NCBI GenBank assembly: GCA_002688355.1
Contig: NZCT01000025.1
Span: 27,175-91,174 of the forward strand
Length of the DNA: 64,000 nt
DNA from: an archaeon
Lineage (GTDB): Archaea > Nanobdellota > Nanobdellia > SCGC-AAA011-G17 > GW2011-AR20
Reading direction: 5' to 3'
Shown: in pieces, positions 19,401 to 29,064 of the stretch
How the letters are laid out: every line of letters begins with the position of its first letter
Numbering within the stretch: the stretch's first letter is position 1
Notes under the pieces: generated by a model
Database searches by the model: none
What the model was told of the DNA's origin: nothing
The model's input: only the letters and a program-made list of their open reading frames with translations
Made by a program: the position numbers and the translations under genes

Positions 19401-20153
19401 ATGAGGTACAAACCAATATTACTTTTAGCATTTATATTTTTACTTCAACTTTCTATAGTAAATGCTCAAGAGGTAACTGTAGACAGAGTATTACTAAACG
19501 AAGTAAGATATAATGAAGATTTAAGAATATCATTATCATTAACAAATAATCTAGCAGTAAAGAAAACATTTGAACTAAATGAAAGACTTCCTGTAAATGT
19601 AGAACTAATACAACCAGCTCAACCAACAGAAGTAAAAAATTTTAATGCTGTTGAAGTAATGTTCCTAAAATGGGATGTTGAATTAAACCCTTCTGAAAGT
19701 AAAGTAGTTTCATATACAATTAGACCTCAAAGAGTTGGGGAATTCACAATAGTCGGAGCTGAAGTTCTTGATCTTACTTCAGCCAGTACATATTCAGGCA
19801 TACAATCTCCTTTTGATGTTTCTTGTATATTAGATAATATTTGTAATTTAGATATAGGTGAGAATTATCAAACATGTGTTGCTGATTGTGACACAGGACT
19901 TGGGGATGGAATTTGTAATGCAATTCCTGATAATCAATGTGATCCTGATTGTACAAGTGATCCAGACTGTACTGGATCTGGGTTTAATATCTGGTATGTT
20001 ATCATTCCAGTTATTCTTGTCATAATAGGTTTCTTAATATATTTCTTCAAAAAACCAAATCAAGGTATTCCTGATGCAGAGCAACCTCGCCAAAATAATC
20101 AACCACAGAATCCTAAACAACCTCAAAAACCGAATGATATAATGTATAGCTAG
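19401..20153 (+). CDS. Surface protein: signal peptide, Cys-rich module, C-terminal TM anchor and Pro/Gln-rich tail
   Basis: N-terminal signal MRYKPILLLAFIFLLQLSIVNA; CxxxC-rich DCDTGLGDGICN...CDPDCTSDPDC; TM VIIPVILVIIGFLIYFF. Confidence 0.5.
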   Translation: MRYKPILLLAFIFLLQLSIVNAQEVTVDRVLLNEVRYNEDLRISLSLTNNLAVKKTFELNERLPVNVELIQPAQPTEVKNFNAVEVMFLKWDVELNPSESKVVSYTIRPQRVGEFTIVGAEVLDLTSASTYSGIQSPFDVSCILDNICNLDIGENYQTCVADCDTGLGDGICNAIPDNQCDPDCTSDPDCTGSGFNIWYVIIPVILVIIGFLIYFFKKPNQGIPDAEQPRQNNQPQNPKQPQKPNDIMYS

Positions 20154-20198
20154 TTTCTATATAAATTTATATAAAGAATAGAGGTTTTATATTAGAAA

Positions 20199-21659
20199 AT
20201 GAACATCCCTTTATTATTGAATTACTATTCTAGAAAAGATGTGCAAGAAGAACTCTTAAATTTTTCTAAGAATAAAGAATTCGTACCTAAATTTAAAGAT
20301 AGCTTTGGTAAAAGACCAGATATGGTGCAATATCCTAGAGATATTCTAGAACATGTCAAAAAAGGTGCAACTTCTTTTCACGTATCTGAAGAGAGATGGA
20401 AAGACCCTTTATCTCTAAAAACAGGTTTAACAAAAAAAGATCTAGATAAATTAAGAATTTCATGGGATTTCGTAATTGATGTAGATTTTGAAGTTTTTGA
20501 ATGCTCCAAGATAATAGCAAACAATATAGTAAAAGCTTTAGAAGAACATAAAATAAAAAATATCTTTGTAAAATTTTCAGGTAACAAAGGATTCCATATT
20601 TTAATCCCTTTTGAATCTTTTCCAGAATCAATTAAAAAACATAACGTTAAAGATTTATTTCCTGAAGCTCCCAAAGATTTACTTTTTTACATAAACAATT
20701 ACATAGATAATGAAAAAAATAACTTTAAGTTAACAAAAGAAATTGTTTCTAATAATTATTTTCAAGAATATCTAAAAACTAAAAAGAAAAAAGAAAGCGA
20801 TTTCATTCAAAATTTGTGTTCTAAATGTAACAAACCTAAAGTAAGTGGGGAAAAAATAGAATTTGTTTGTCCTTATTGTAATGAAACCTATTTTGAAGAT
20901 CCAAAAACTAAATTCAAAAAATGCAAAATGTGTAAAAAATTCACACAGAGAATGACGGATTTAAAATCAAAATGCTCTTGTGGAAATAGAAAATTCATTA
21001 AAAGAATAAATCTAGCTTTAGATACTATACTAATTTCAAGTAGACACTTATATAGAGCACCATATTCAATACATGAAAAATCAGATTTAGTTTCCCTACC
21101 TATAGATAAAAATAAAATTTTAGATTTTAATAAAGACGATGCAAAACCAGAAAACATTAAAGAAATAAAACCTTTTGTAGATGAATCTATAATCATTAAA
21201 GAAGAAGCTAGAACGTTAATGAATAGGGCTTTCAGTATTCAAAAAATTGAACAAAAAAAAGAAATAAAAGAATTTGATATACCTAAATCTCCTATAAAAA
21301 TCCAAAATTTTCCACCTTGCATTCTTTTAGGGTTAAAAGGTCTAGAAGATGGAAAAAAGCGTTTCTTATTCATATTGTTAAATTTCCTAAAATCTTCAGG
21401 TTATAATCACTCTCAGATAAAAGATATAATTTACGATTGGAATAAAAGAAATAAAGAACAATTAAATGAAGGATATGTATTATCTCAGTTAAGTTGGCAT
21501 CAAAGACAAAAACAAGTCCCTCCTCCAAATTGTCCTTCTAATTCAAATCTAGGGTATTACACTGATTTAAACATTTGTAAACCAGATAATCTATGTAAAA
21601 CAATCAAAAACCCTGCACAGTATACATTAAAGAAAAGTAAAACAAAACAAAAGAAATAA
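20199..21659 (+). CDS. priS: DNA primase, fused PriS catalytic domain plus PriL-CTD-like Fe-S domain
   Basis: PriS motifs DFVIDVD and FSGNKGFHILIP, R..PYSIHEKS; two CxxC zinc knuckles; C-terminal FPPC motif plus three further Cys. Confidence 0.75.
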   Translation: MNIPLLLNYYSRKDVQEELLNFSKNKEFVPKFKDSFGKRPDMVQYPRDILEHVKKGATSFHVSEERWKDPLSLKTGLTKKDLDKLRISWDFVIDVDFEVFECSKIIANNIVKALEEHKIKNIFVKFSGNKGFHILIPFESFPESIKKHNVKDLFPEAPKDLLFYINNYIDNEKNNFKLTKEIVSNNYFQEYLKTKKKKESDFIQNLCSKCNKPKVSGEKIEFVCPYCNETYFEDPKTKFKKCKMCKKFTQRMTDLKSKCSCGNRKFIKRINLALDTILISSRHLYRAPYSIHEKSDLVSLPIDKNKILDFNKDDAKPENIKEIKPFVDESIIIKEEARTLMNRAFSIQKIEQKKEIKEFDIPKSPIKIQNFPPCILLGLKGLEDGKKRFLFILLNFLKSSGYNHSQIKDIIYDWNKRNKEQLNEGYVLSQLSWHQRQKQVPPPNCPSNSNLGYYTDLNICKPDNLCKTIKNPAQYTLKKSKTKQKK

Positions 21660-21717
21660 CATATAGTTAAGTTTAAATAATAAAATTGTCTTTATCTTCT
21701 ATATTAAAAAGAGGAAA

Positions 21718-23319
21718 ATGAAATTTAAGAATTATATAATCTTATTGGCCTTACTTATAATAATACCAATAGTTTCCTCTCAATCTAATCAGGATTCACT
21801 TAATTGGATACAAACAAACATAAATTGGCAAGACGATAGTATCCATGATACAGTATTTTCTATATCGTCTTTAAATTTAAACAGCATAGAAACAAATACA
21901 CCTTCAAATATTTTATTACAAAGACAAGATTCTCAAAGCACTGAAGAATGTTATCCAAAAGGAAATTGTAATGTTAAAGATACAGCACTTTCACTTTTAT
22001 TTCTTAATCAAATATGGAAAGACAATAATAAAACATTAACTTGGCTAGCATCTGCTCAAACAAAAGCTCCAGTTTCTGGTAGCTGGCTAATACAGATAGT
22101 TTCTAGTAAAAATGGAACTTGCGTAATTGAACATAAAGGAAAGAATATAAATCATACAATATCTATTGACGAAAATAACAAAATCCAGCCATTTAACGTA
22201 GATTGGTTAGATATTGAGAGAGATTTACAAACAAGTTTGACTAATCCTGTAGAATTTTTATCTGTAGATTGTAGTAATCTTAAAAGTTCAAATGTTTTGA
22301 TTTCTTTATTAAGAAGATCTGGAAGTGAAATACACATTGTTCAACAAGAAAACAGAGATAAAGCAATATTGGAGGTTAATAATGCATGTTATCCTTTTTC
22401 AAAAGGAGGTCAGTGTGATTTAGATTCAACTTTCTTAGCATCTTGGGCCCTACATAAAACATCTGCAAAATTAGTGACAGTTCCTTATCTAGAAGATAAT
22501 GCTCAAACTAATTTACATAATGCTATTTTATACCAAATAACAGCAAATCCTAGATACGAAACAAAACTATCTGATAATGTAAACACAGATGGTTTCTGGG
22601 ATGATGTGTATACAACTTCATTTGTTATTAATTCCTTACAATCAAGAGCTCCAAATACTCAATTACTTAGTAATGCAAAATCTTGGCTAGACACTCAAAA
22701 GGATAATTCAACAAATAGGGGTTCTTTTAATGCAAATTTAAGAGATACTTCAGCAGCAACATATTTGGTTCTAAGTGGAGGTGGAAGTTTCACTCCGCCA
22801 TTAGACAGATCTACAAGAGAAGTACTAGAAACTTGTGGAGATGGCACAGTACAAACTTTTAATGATCAAGGTATATCTGAACAATGTGAAGCTGATAATG
22901 ATTCTTTATGTCCAGGACTATGTAATGTTAATACCTGTCAATGCATAACTTCTCAAACAACTACTACATCTTCTTCTACCTCTTCAACTTCTATTAGAGA
23001 TAATGATGGTTCTGGTGGAGGAGAAGATAATGGAGATCCTGACGATGAGGGTGGTTCAATATTCTTCAAAGTAATATTACCTATTCTTATTATTCTGATT
23101 ATTGGTGCAGGAGTATTCTTATATCTGAGATATGCGAAAAAGCCAAAACACAAAGATGAAGATCTTTTTGGAAATTACAGTCCTCCAAAAGAAGAAAAAT
23201 CAAGAGAACAACCAAGAAGAGAACCAAGAAAATACCAACCAAGTCCACGAGAAAATGCTATAGAAAGAGAATTAGATAAATCATTAGATGAAGCCAAAGA
23301 ATTATTTAAAAAGAAATAA
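21718..23319 (+). CDS. Cell-surface protein with prenyltransferase-like alpha/alpha-toroid repeats, Cys-rich domain, Ser/Thr linker, C-terminal TM anchor and basic tail
   Basis: Signal peptide; repeat CYPKGNCNVKDTALSLLFL; TM ILPILIILIIGAGVFLYL; paralogue of 60747-62879. Confidence 0.6.
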   Translation: MKFKNYIILLALLIIIPIVSSQSNQDSLNWIQTNINWQDDSIHDTVFSISSLNLNSIETNTPSNILLQRQDSQSTEECYPKGNCNVKDTALSLLFLNQIWKDNNKTLTWLASAQTKAPVSGSWLIQIVSSKNGTCVIEHKGKNINHTISIDENNKIQPFNVDWLDIERDLQTSLTNPVEFLSVDCSNLKSSNVLISLLRRSGSEIHIVQQENRDKAILEVNNACYPFSKGGQCDLDSTFLASWALHKTSAKLVTVPYLEDNAQTNLHNAILYQITANPRYETKLSDNVNTDGFWDDVYTTSFVINSLQSRAPNTQLLSNAKSWLDTQKDNSTNRGSFNANLRDTSAATYLVLSGGGSFTPPLDRSTREVLETCGDGTVQTFNDQGISEQCEADNDSLCPGLCNVNTCQCITSQTTTTSSSTSSTSIRDNDGSGGGEDNGDPDDEGGSIFFKVILPILIILIIGAGVFLYLRYAKKPKHKDEDLFGNYSPPKEEKSREQPRREPRKYQPSPRENAIERELDKSLDEAKELFKKK

Positions 23320-23362
23320 TTTTATTAAAGATTAACTTTAAATAAACTATTATTAGATTATA

Positions 23363-23626
23363 TTGATAAAAATGGAAACAGAGAAAAAAAATCACATTCG
23401 AGTTTATAGTACAGATTCTTGTAGTTGGTGTCACAAAGTTAAAGAATTCCTACAAGAGAATAAAATAGAATTTGAAGATATCAATGTAGGAGAAGATCAA
23501 AAAGCAGCTGAAGAAATGATTGCAAAATCAGGACAGTCAGGTGTTCCTGTTGTAGAGATAAATGATGAGATAATTGTTGGCTTTGATCAAGAAGCAATAA
23601 AAAAAGCTCTGAAAATAAAAAACTAA
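23363..23626 (+). CDS. Glutaredoxin-like protein
   Basis: CSWC active site in a thioredoxin-fold context; GVPVVEI. Confidence 0.7.
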   Translation: MIKMETEKKNHIRVYSTDSCSWCHKVKEFLQENKIEFEDINVGEDQKAAEEMIAKSGQSGVPVVEINDEIIVGFDQEAIKKALKIKN

Positions 23627-23671
23627 AAACATATAAACATTAGAAGTTTTCTATTTCTAAAAAGAGGTAAT

Positions 23672-24691
23672 ATGAAATTTTTATTTAAACTAATGGAAGC
23701 CTTCGGAACTTCAGGTAATGAAGAATCTGTTAGAGCTATGATCTCCAAAGAAATTAAACCATATGTAGATGATCTTTCTGTTGATAAATATGGTAACTTA
23801 ATAGCACACAAAAAAGGTGCTCTACCAAAAGTAATGCTTGCAGCTCATATGGATGAAGTAGGTTTAATGATTAAAAGTATAGATGACAGAGGAAGAATTG
23901 CTTTCTCAAATGTTGGAGGCATAGAACCACTAGTTTTAGTAGGTCATGCTGTCCATATAAATAAAAAAGGAAATAAAGTACATGGTGTTATAACAACAGA
24001 AGAAGTAAGTAATGATTTTTCAGTTGAAAAAATGCCTAAAATAGCAGATTTATTTGTAGATACAGGTCTATCAAAAACAGCATTAACAAAATTAGGTGTA
24101 AAACCAGGAGAATATTTAATGTTAGATCATAAAGTAAATCATCATTTAGGAAATAAAAATCTTATAGCCGGGAAAGCCTTAGATGATAGAATAGGTTGTT
24201 ATATTCTAACAGAATTAATTAAAAAAATAAAAAGTTCGAAAAATGAAATTTATTTTGTCTTTACAGTTCAAGAAGAAATTGGATTATATGGAGCAAAAAC
24301 CTCTGCCTATAAAGTAGAACCTGATTGGGCCATTGCTGTTGACGTCACAAATTCAGATGACAGAGCACCACAACCAACAATAGAATTAGGCAAAGGACCT
24401 TGTCTAACTATAAAAGATGCAGATATGATTTCCAATAAATGTTTAAACAATCATCTAGAAAATATAGCAAAAAAAATTAAGATACCAATACAATATGATG
24501 TTTCAGATTTTGGAGCTACAGATGCTGCAAATATTTCCATATCCAAAGAAGGCGTTTCCTCAACAGTCGTTTCTGTTCCAGTAAGAAATTTACACTCCAC
24601 GATAAGCATAGCACATAAAAATGATATAGAAAATTCAATTACACTTCTAAGAGAATTATTAAAGAACCCGCCAAAATTATGTTTAACCTAG
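23672..24691 (+). CDS. M42 family (TET/FrvX-like) aminopeptidase
   Basis: MLAAHMDEVGLMIKSIDDRGRIAF..GGIEP, ALDDRIGC, QEEIGLYGAKT. Confidence 0.85.
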   Translation: MKFLFKLMEAFGTSGNEESVRAMISKEIKPYVDDLSVDKYGNLIAHKKGALPKVMLAAHMDEVGLMIKSIDDRGRIAFSNVGGIEPLVLVGHAVHINKKGNKVHGVITTEEVSNDFSVEKMPKIADLFVDTGLSKTALTKLGVKPGEYLMLDHKVNHHLGNKNLIAGKALDDRIGCYILTELIKKIKSSKNEIYFVFTVQEEIGLYGAKTSAYKVEPDWAIAVDVTNSDDRAPQPTIELGKGPCLTIKDADMISNKCLNNHLENIAKKIKIPIQYDVSDFGATDAANISISKEGVSSTVVSVPVRNLHSTISIAHKNDIENSITLLRELLKNPPKLCLT

Positions 24692-25327
24692 AACTAATCT
24701 TGCATCAACTACAGTTGCTTTATCATCATGCATTATAATTGGATTTATATCTAATTCTTGTAAATTATCGTGCTTTAAAGGAATTCTAGATATTTGTATT
24801 AATATTTTCTTTAGCAATTTAATATTAACAGGTTTTTCTCCCCTTACACCATATAAAATAGATTTAGCTTTCAATTCATCAATTAACTCTTGAGCATTTT
24901 TATCATCTATAGGACAAACTCTAAAATTAACATCTTTTATAACTTCTGTAAAAACTCCTCCAAAACCAAATCCAATCACATGTCCAAAAACATCATCTTT
25001 TTTTAACCCAATAAACAATTCTTTACCCTTTTTAAATTCCTGAACTAAAATACCTTCAAATTTTTTAACCTTTAATTTTTTAACAATACTCATTATCTCT
25101 TCATATTCTTTTTTAACATCATTAATATTATAACAAATTCTAACACCACCAACATCACTTTTATGTAAAACTTCTGTAGACATAATTTTTAAATCAATAG
25201 GAAATCTAATTTTTTTAATTGCATCTAAAACTTCTTCATAAGAATTTGTTAAAAATCTTGTAGATACCGGTATTTTATATTTTAATAAAAATTCTTCTGC
25301 TTGATACTCTGTATAAATTATTTGCAT
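24683..25327 (-). CDS. acdB: Acetyl-CoA synthetase (ADP-forming) beta subunit (ATP-grasp)
   Basis: ATP-grasp pattern LKYKIPV...KIMSTEVLHKSDVGGVRI...; partner alpha subunit at 27704. Confidence 0.7.
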   Translation of the reverse strand: MQIIYTEYQAEEFLLKYKIPVSTRFLTNSYEEVLDAIKKIRFPIDLKIMSTEVLHKSDVGGVRICYNINDVKKEYEEIMSIVKKLKVKKFEGILVQEFKKGKELFIGLKKDDVFGHVIGFGFGGVFTEVIKDVNFRVCPIDDKNAQELIDELKAKSILYGVRGEKPVNIKLLKKILIQISRIPLKHDNLQELDINPIIMHDDKATVVDARLVLG

Positions 25328-25385
25328 TATAACTTAAACTAAAAACAATTTATAAAGATTGTATACTATTTAATAATTAAAACAA

Positions 25386-26132
25386 CTATCTCATAAACTT
25401 CCATTCATCTTTCTTAAATTTATTTTCAATCAAATTTTCAGCTCTTTTTAATTCATCCTCAGACCAAGTATCAAAAGTAAACTCTTTATCTTTTGTAAAA
25501 CCTTTAATTAAAGAATTAATTACTTCATCTTTAGTTAAATTATTATGATCTAAAACACAAGTAACTCTTTCCTTAACATTACTAATCATTTTATCAGAGA
25601 TCTTCTCTTTTCCAACATTCAAATATGAAAACATTTTATTTACATCCAAACTATAAATTAAAGTTCCATGTATTAAAACACAATTATTCCTTATTGTTAA
25701 GGCATTACCAGAAATTTTCTTATTATCAACAATAATATCATTTATTGGTTTAAACTCCCCTTTTAATCCTATTAATCCTAAACTGTCAATAATCCAATCT
25801 CCAACTATTTTATAGCATTTAGTTATATCATTAGTAAAGTACTTTGTTGGGACTGCAACACTAAAAGTTAATCCACCATCATTATCTTGGTAAACAGCTC
25901 CACCACCAGAAATTCTCCTAACAAAATCCACATTATCTTCTTTACATTTTTCTATATTAACTTCATCTTTAATTTTCTGAAAATAACCAATAATTACAGA
26001 ACTATTCTTCCAGCCATAAAATCTTATAGTGGGTTTAACTAATTCTTTTCCAACATATTCTGTTAGCACCTCATCTAAAGCTAAATTCATATTTGGTTCA
26101 TTTAACTCTAAATTAATTACTCGCCATTTCAT
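25386..26132 (-). CDS. lplA: Lipoate-protein ligase A, catalytic N-terminal domain (LplA)
   Basis: BPL/LPL catalytic domain RRISGGGAVYQDNDGGLTFSV; K...isGnA motif KKISGNAL. Confidence 0.75.
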   Translation of the reverse strand: MKWRVINLELNEPNMNLALDEVLTEYVGKELVKPTIRFYGWKNSSVIIGYFQKIKDEVNIEKCKEDNVDFVRRISGGGAVYQDNDGGLTFSVAVPTKYFTNDITKCYKIVGDWIIDSLGLIGLKGEFKPINDIIVDNKKISGNALTIRNNCVLIHGTLIYSLDVNKMFSYLNVGKEKISDKMISNVKERVTCVLDHNNLTKDEVINSLIKGFTKDKEFTFDTWSEDELKRAENLIENKFKKDEWKFMR

Positions 26133-26412
26133 TTTTAGTTGCCTCTTTTATTAGTTCTGCTAAATCTTCTTCTTGAAAACCAATTATCTCAATTTTATTG
26201 GATTCTATGAAATCTTTTAGCTTGTTTACTATAATTTCATTTTCTATATTTACTTCTAAATTTAGTAATGAGTTCTCAATATCTTTTATTGATTCTTCAG
26301 GGTGTATAAAAAAATCTCCAGAAATTTCCAATTTGTTTATTTTATTATCATAATCTACAATAACTTTTACTAATTTACCATTCACAATTTTTTTACTTGC
26401 ATTTCCTATCAT
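26113..26412 (-). CDS. lplB: Lipoate-protein ligase C-terminal accessory domain as a separate polypeptide (LplB)
   Basis: Small ORF overlapping the lplA start by 20 nt (co-transcribed) with an LplA-C-terminal-domain-like sequence; split arrangement known from Thermoplasma. Confidence 0.5.
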   Translation of the reverse strand: MIGNASKKIVNGKLVKVIVDYDNKINKLEISGDFFIHPEESIKDIENSLLNLEVNIENEIIVNKLKDFIESNKIEIIGFQEEDLAELIKEATKNEMASN

Positions 26413-26750
26413 TTTTCTTTAAGTTTTCTAATTTTTTTTATTATAGAATCTTGGTATAATCTAAATGCTTTCCTATTCTCTTTTTCATATATGTAAGCAT
26501 TTCCCAATGTTTCATCACATTTTTTACATTTTAATAAGGAAATTTCTTTAATTGACTTTTTTCCTAAATCAGTTAAATTTTTAGGTGAAAATATTCTATC
26601 TAAATATAATCTTCTTAAATTTCCTGGTCCATCTTTTTGATATGTTAGCACAAAACTTTCACATTTTCTACAAGAAATATTCAAGATACGTGAATGACTG
26701 CCCCTAGAACTTTTGTATTTATCTTTCTTTATTTTTATGTTAGATCTCAT
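26409..26750 (-). CDS. Hypothetical zinc-ribbon protein
   Basis: Two CxxC pairs (CRKC...CKKC); basic. Confidence 0.35.
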   Translation of the reverse strand: MRSNIKIKKDKYKSSRGSHSRILNISCRKCESFVLTYQKDGPGNLRRLYLDRIFSPKNLTDLGKKSIKEISLLKCKKCDETLGNAYIYEKENRKAFRLYQDSIIKKIRKLKEK

Positions 26751-27607
26751 TTTATTTCTATTCTTTGAATTTCATTCTTACATCTTCTTGAGCAACAGTT
26801 ATCAAATTTAGCATAACATTTTTCACAAACAACAAAGAACTTATCACACTCAACTTTAGCACAATTCTCTTGATTATCTGAAGGGATATGACAAATTGCA
26901 CATTGTGAAATTAATTTTGGTTCTTCTTCATTAATGCTAACAGCCCCTCTATGATCAAATACAAAACATTTCCCTTCCCAATGATCTACACCAACAGTTT
27001 TACCATATCTTATGATTCCACCATGTAGCTGTTTTACATTAGTAAATCCTTGTTCCACCATATAAGCAGATGCTTTCTCACATCTTACTCCTCCAGTACA
27101 GTAAGTCACAATTAATTTCTCTTTATTTTTTCCTAGTTTAGAAACTGCTTTTGGCCATTCAGAAAACACATCTATCTTCGGCGTAATAGCATTCTCAAAT
27201 CTTCCAATTTCAGATTCATAAGCATTTCTAGCATCCACCATTATTACTTCATCTTTAGAGTCTAACAGTTTCTTCAATTCTTTTGGTTCAATATATTCGG
27301 CTTTATTTTCCAAATTGCTTTTGTAATGTGTTGAAATAATTTCATCTCGTATTCTAACAAACATTTTTTTAAATGTGTGTTTCAAAACTTTACTTTCCTT
27401 AAATTCAACTTTTCCAAATTTCAAAGTAATATAATCTTTAATTTTTTTTATATCCTCATCTTTTCCAGAAACACAACCATTAACACCTTCTTTAGCAATT
27501 AGAATCTTTCCCAATAAACCAAGGGATTTACTTTTAGATAACAATTCTTCCTGTAATTTCTTTAGTCTATTTACATTAGTATACTTATAAAATAAAATAT
27601 TTTTCAT
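26747..27607 (-). CDS. trhO: Rhodanese-domain protein of the TrhO/YceA (tRNA U34 hydroxylase) family with C-terminal Cys-rich extension
   Basis: IVTYCTGGVRCEKASAYM (cf. CTGGIRCEKAS), upstream VDARNAYE. Confidence 0.7.
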   Translation of the reverse strand: MKNILFYKYTNVNRLKKLQEELLSKSKSLGLLGKILIAKEGVNGCVSGKDEDIKKIKDYITLKFGKVEFKESKVLKHTFKKMFVRIRDEIISTHYKSNLENKAEYIEPKELKKLLDSKDEVIMVDARNAYESEIGRFENAITPKIDVFSEWPKAVSKLGKNKEKLIVTYCTGGVRCEKASAYMVEQGFTNVKQLHGGIIRYGKTVGVDHWEGKCFVFDHRGAVSINEEEPKLISQCAICHIPSDNQENCAKVECDKFFVVCEKCYAKFDNCCSRRCKNEIQRIEIK

Positions 27608-27703
27608 ATAAATAAAGATAAAATTACACTTATAAATATTGTCTTAAAAACAGTAAGTTTAAATTCTATAATATTTTCTAATAAGTAATAAAAAGAGGTA
27701 AAA

Positions 27704-29062
27704 TTGGATTTAAATAAGTTTTTCAAAGCCAAATCTATAGCCATAGTTGGCGTCTCAAAAACTCCTGGAAAAGTTGGACATGTAATTTTTAGAAATTTAA
27801 TAGATGCTCATTACAAAGGAGAATTATATGTTGTAAATCCAAATGCAAAAGAAATTCTAGGCTACAAATCTTATAAAAAAGTTCAAGATATTAAAAAACC
27901 AATAGACCTAGTAGCAATAGCAGTTCCAGCTGTTTTAGTTTTAAAAGTTTTACAAGATTGTCAAAAAGCTAAAGTAAAAAATGTAATAATTGTAACTTCT
28001 GGTTTCAGAGAAACAGGAAATGAACAACTAGAAAATAAATTAAGAAATTTCTTAATCCATAATAGGATGAATGCTATCGGTGTTAATTGTTTAGGTGTCT
28101 TGGACACTTACACAAATGTAGATACTTTATTCTTACCAAGATTTAGACTAAAAAGACCCAAAAAAGGCGGAATAGCTTTTATCACTCAATCTGGAGCAGT
28201 TGGTTCAACAATCTTAGATTTAGCTTCTAAGAATAATTATGGTTTCTCAAAATTTGTAAGTTATGGTAATGCAACACAAGTAGATGAGGCAGATATTATA
28301 GAATACTTAGCTAATGACAAACAAACAAAAGTAATCTGCATGTACATAGAAGGTGTTGTAGATGGGAAAAAGTTCATGAGAATAGCATCAAAAGCTTCAA
28401 AGAAAAAACCAATCTTGGTTCTAAAAGGTGGAACTTCAAAAGAAGGACATAAAGCTACAATTTCTCATACAGGTTCTTTAGCTGGAAATGAAAAAATATA
28501 CAATGGGGTTTTCAAACAAACAGGAATTATACAAGTAGAAACTTTAGAAGATATGTTTGATTACGCAAGATTATTAGAAAAATCAATGAAACCAAAGGGA
28601 AAAAGAATTCAAGTTATAACAAACGGTGGTGGTTTTGGAATAATAACTACTGACGCTTTAGTTAAGAATGGGTTAGAACTTGCAACTTTATCAAAAGATT
28701 CTGAACGAATATTAAAGAAAAACTTCCCACCAATCGCTCAGATACAAAATCCATTAGATGTTTTAGGAGACGCTACTACAGATAGATATAAATTATCAAT
28801 TGAAACTTTCCTATATGATAAAAACATAGACATTATTTTAGTTATAGCTTTATTACAGACTCCATTAATAACAGTAGAAATAGTAGATACAATAACAGAA
28901 TTAAATTCATTAAATAAAAAACCAATAATTGTAGTTTCAACAGGTGGAGATTTTACAGAAGTGCTAAGAAATTCTTTAGAAGAAAATGGAGTTCCAACAT
29001 TTGTTTTTCCAGAAAATTCAGCTAGAGCAATTAAAGCTTTAGTAGATTATAATTCAAACTAA
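27704..29062 (+). CDS. acdA: Acetyl-CoA synthetase (ADP-forming) alpha subunit
   Basis: CoA-binding AIVGVSKTPGKVGH; phosphohistidine loop ISHTGSLAG. Confidence 0.8.
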   Translation: MDLNKFFKAKSIAIVGVSKTPGKVGHVIFRNLIDAHYKGELYVVNPNAKEILGYKSYKKVQDIKKPIDLVAIAVPAVLVLKVLQDCQKAKVKNVIIVTSGFRETGNEQLENKLRNFLIHNRMNAIGVNCLGVLDTYTNVDTLFLPRFRLKRPKKGGIAFITQSGAVGSTILDLASKNNYGFSKFVSYGNATQVDEADIIEYLANDKQTKVICMYIEGVVDGKKFMRIASKASKKKPILVLKGGTSKEGHKATISHTGSLAGNEKIYNGVFKQTGIIQVETLEDMFDYARLLEKSMKPKGKRIQVITNGGGFGIITTDALVKNGLELATLSKDSERILKKNFPPIAQIQNPLDVLGDATTDRYKLSIETFLYDKNIDIILVIALLQTPLITVEIVDTITELNSLNKKPIIVVSTGGDFTEVLRNSLEENGVPTFVFPENSARAIKALVDYNSN

Positions 29063-29064
29063 AG

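Noticed and set aside
20356-21196. Three minus-strand ORFs (91-102 aa) inside the primase gene
   Set aside because: They are nested within priS, which has strong catalytic motifs, and have no features of their own.
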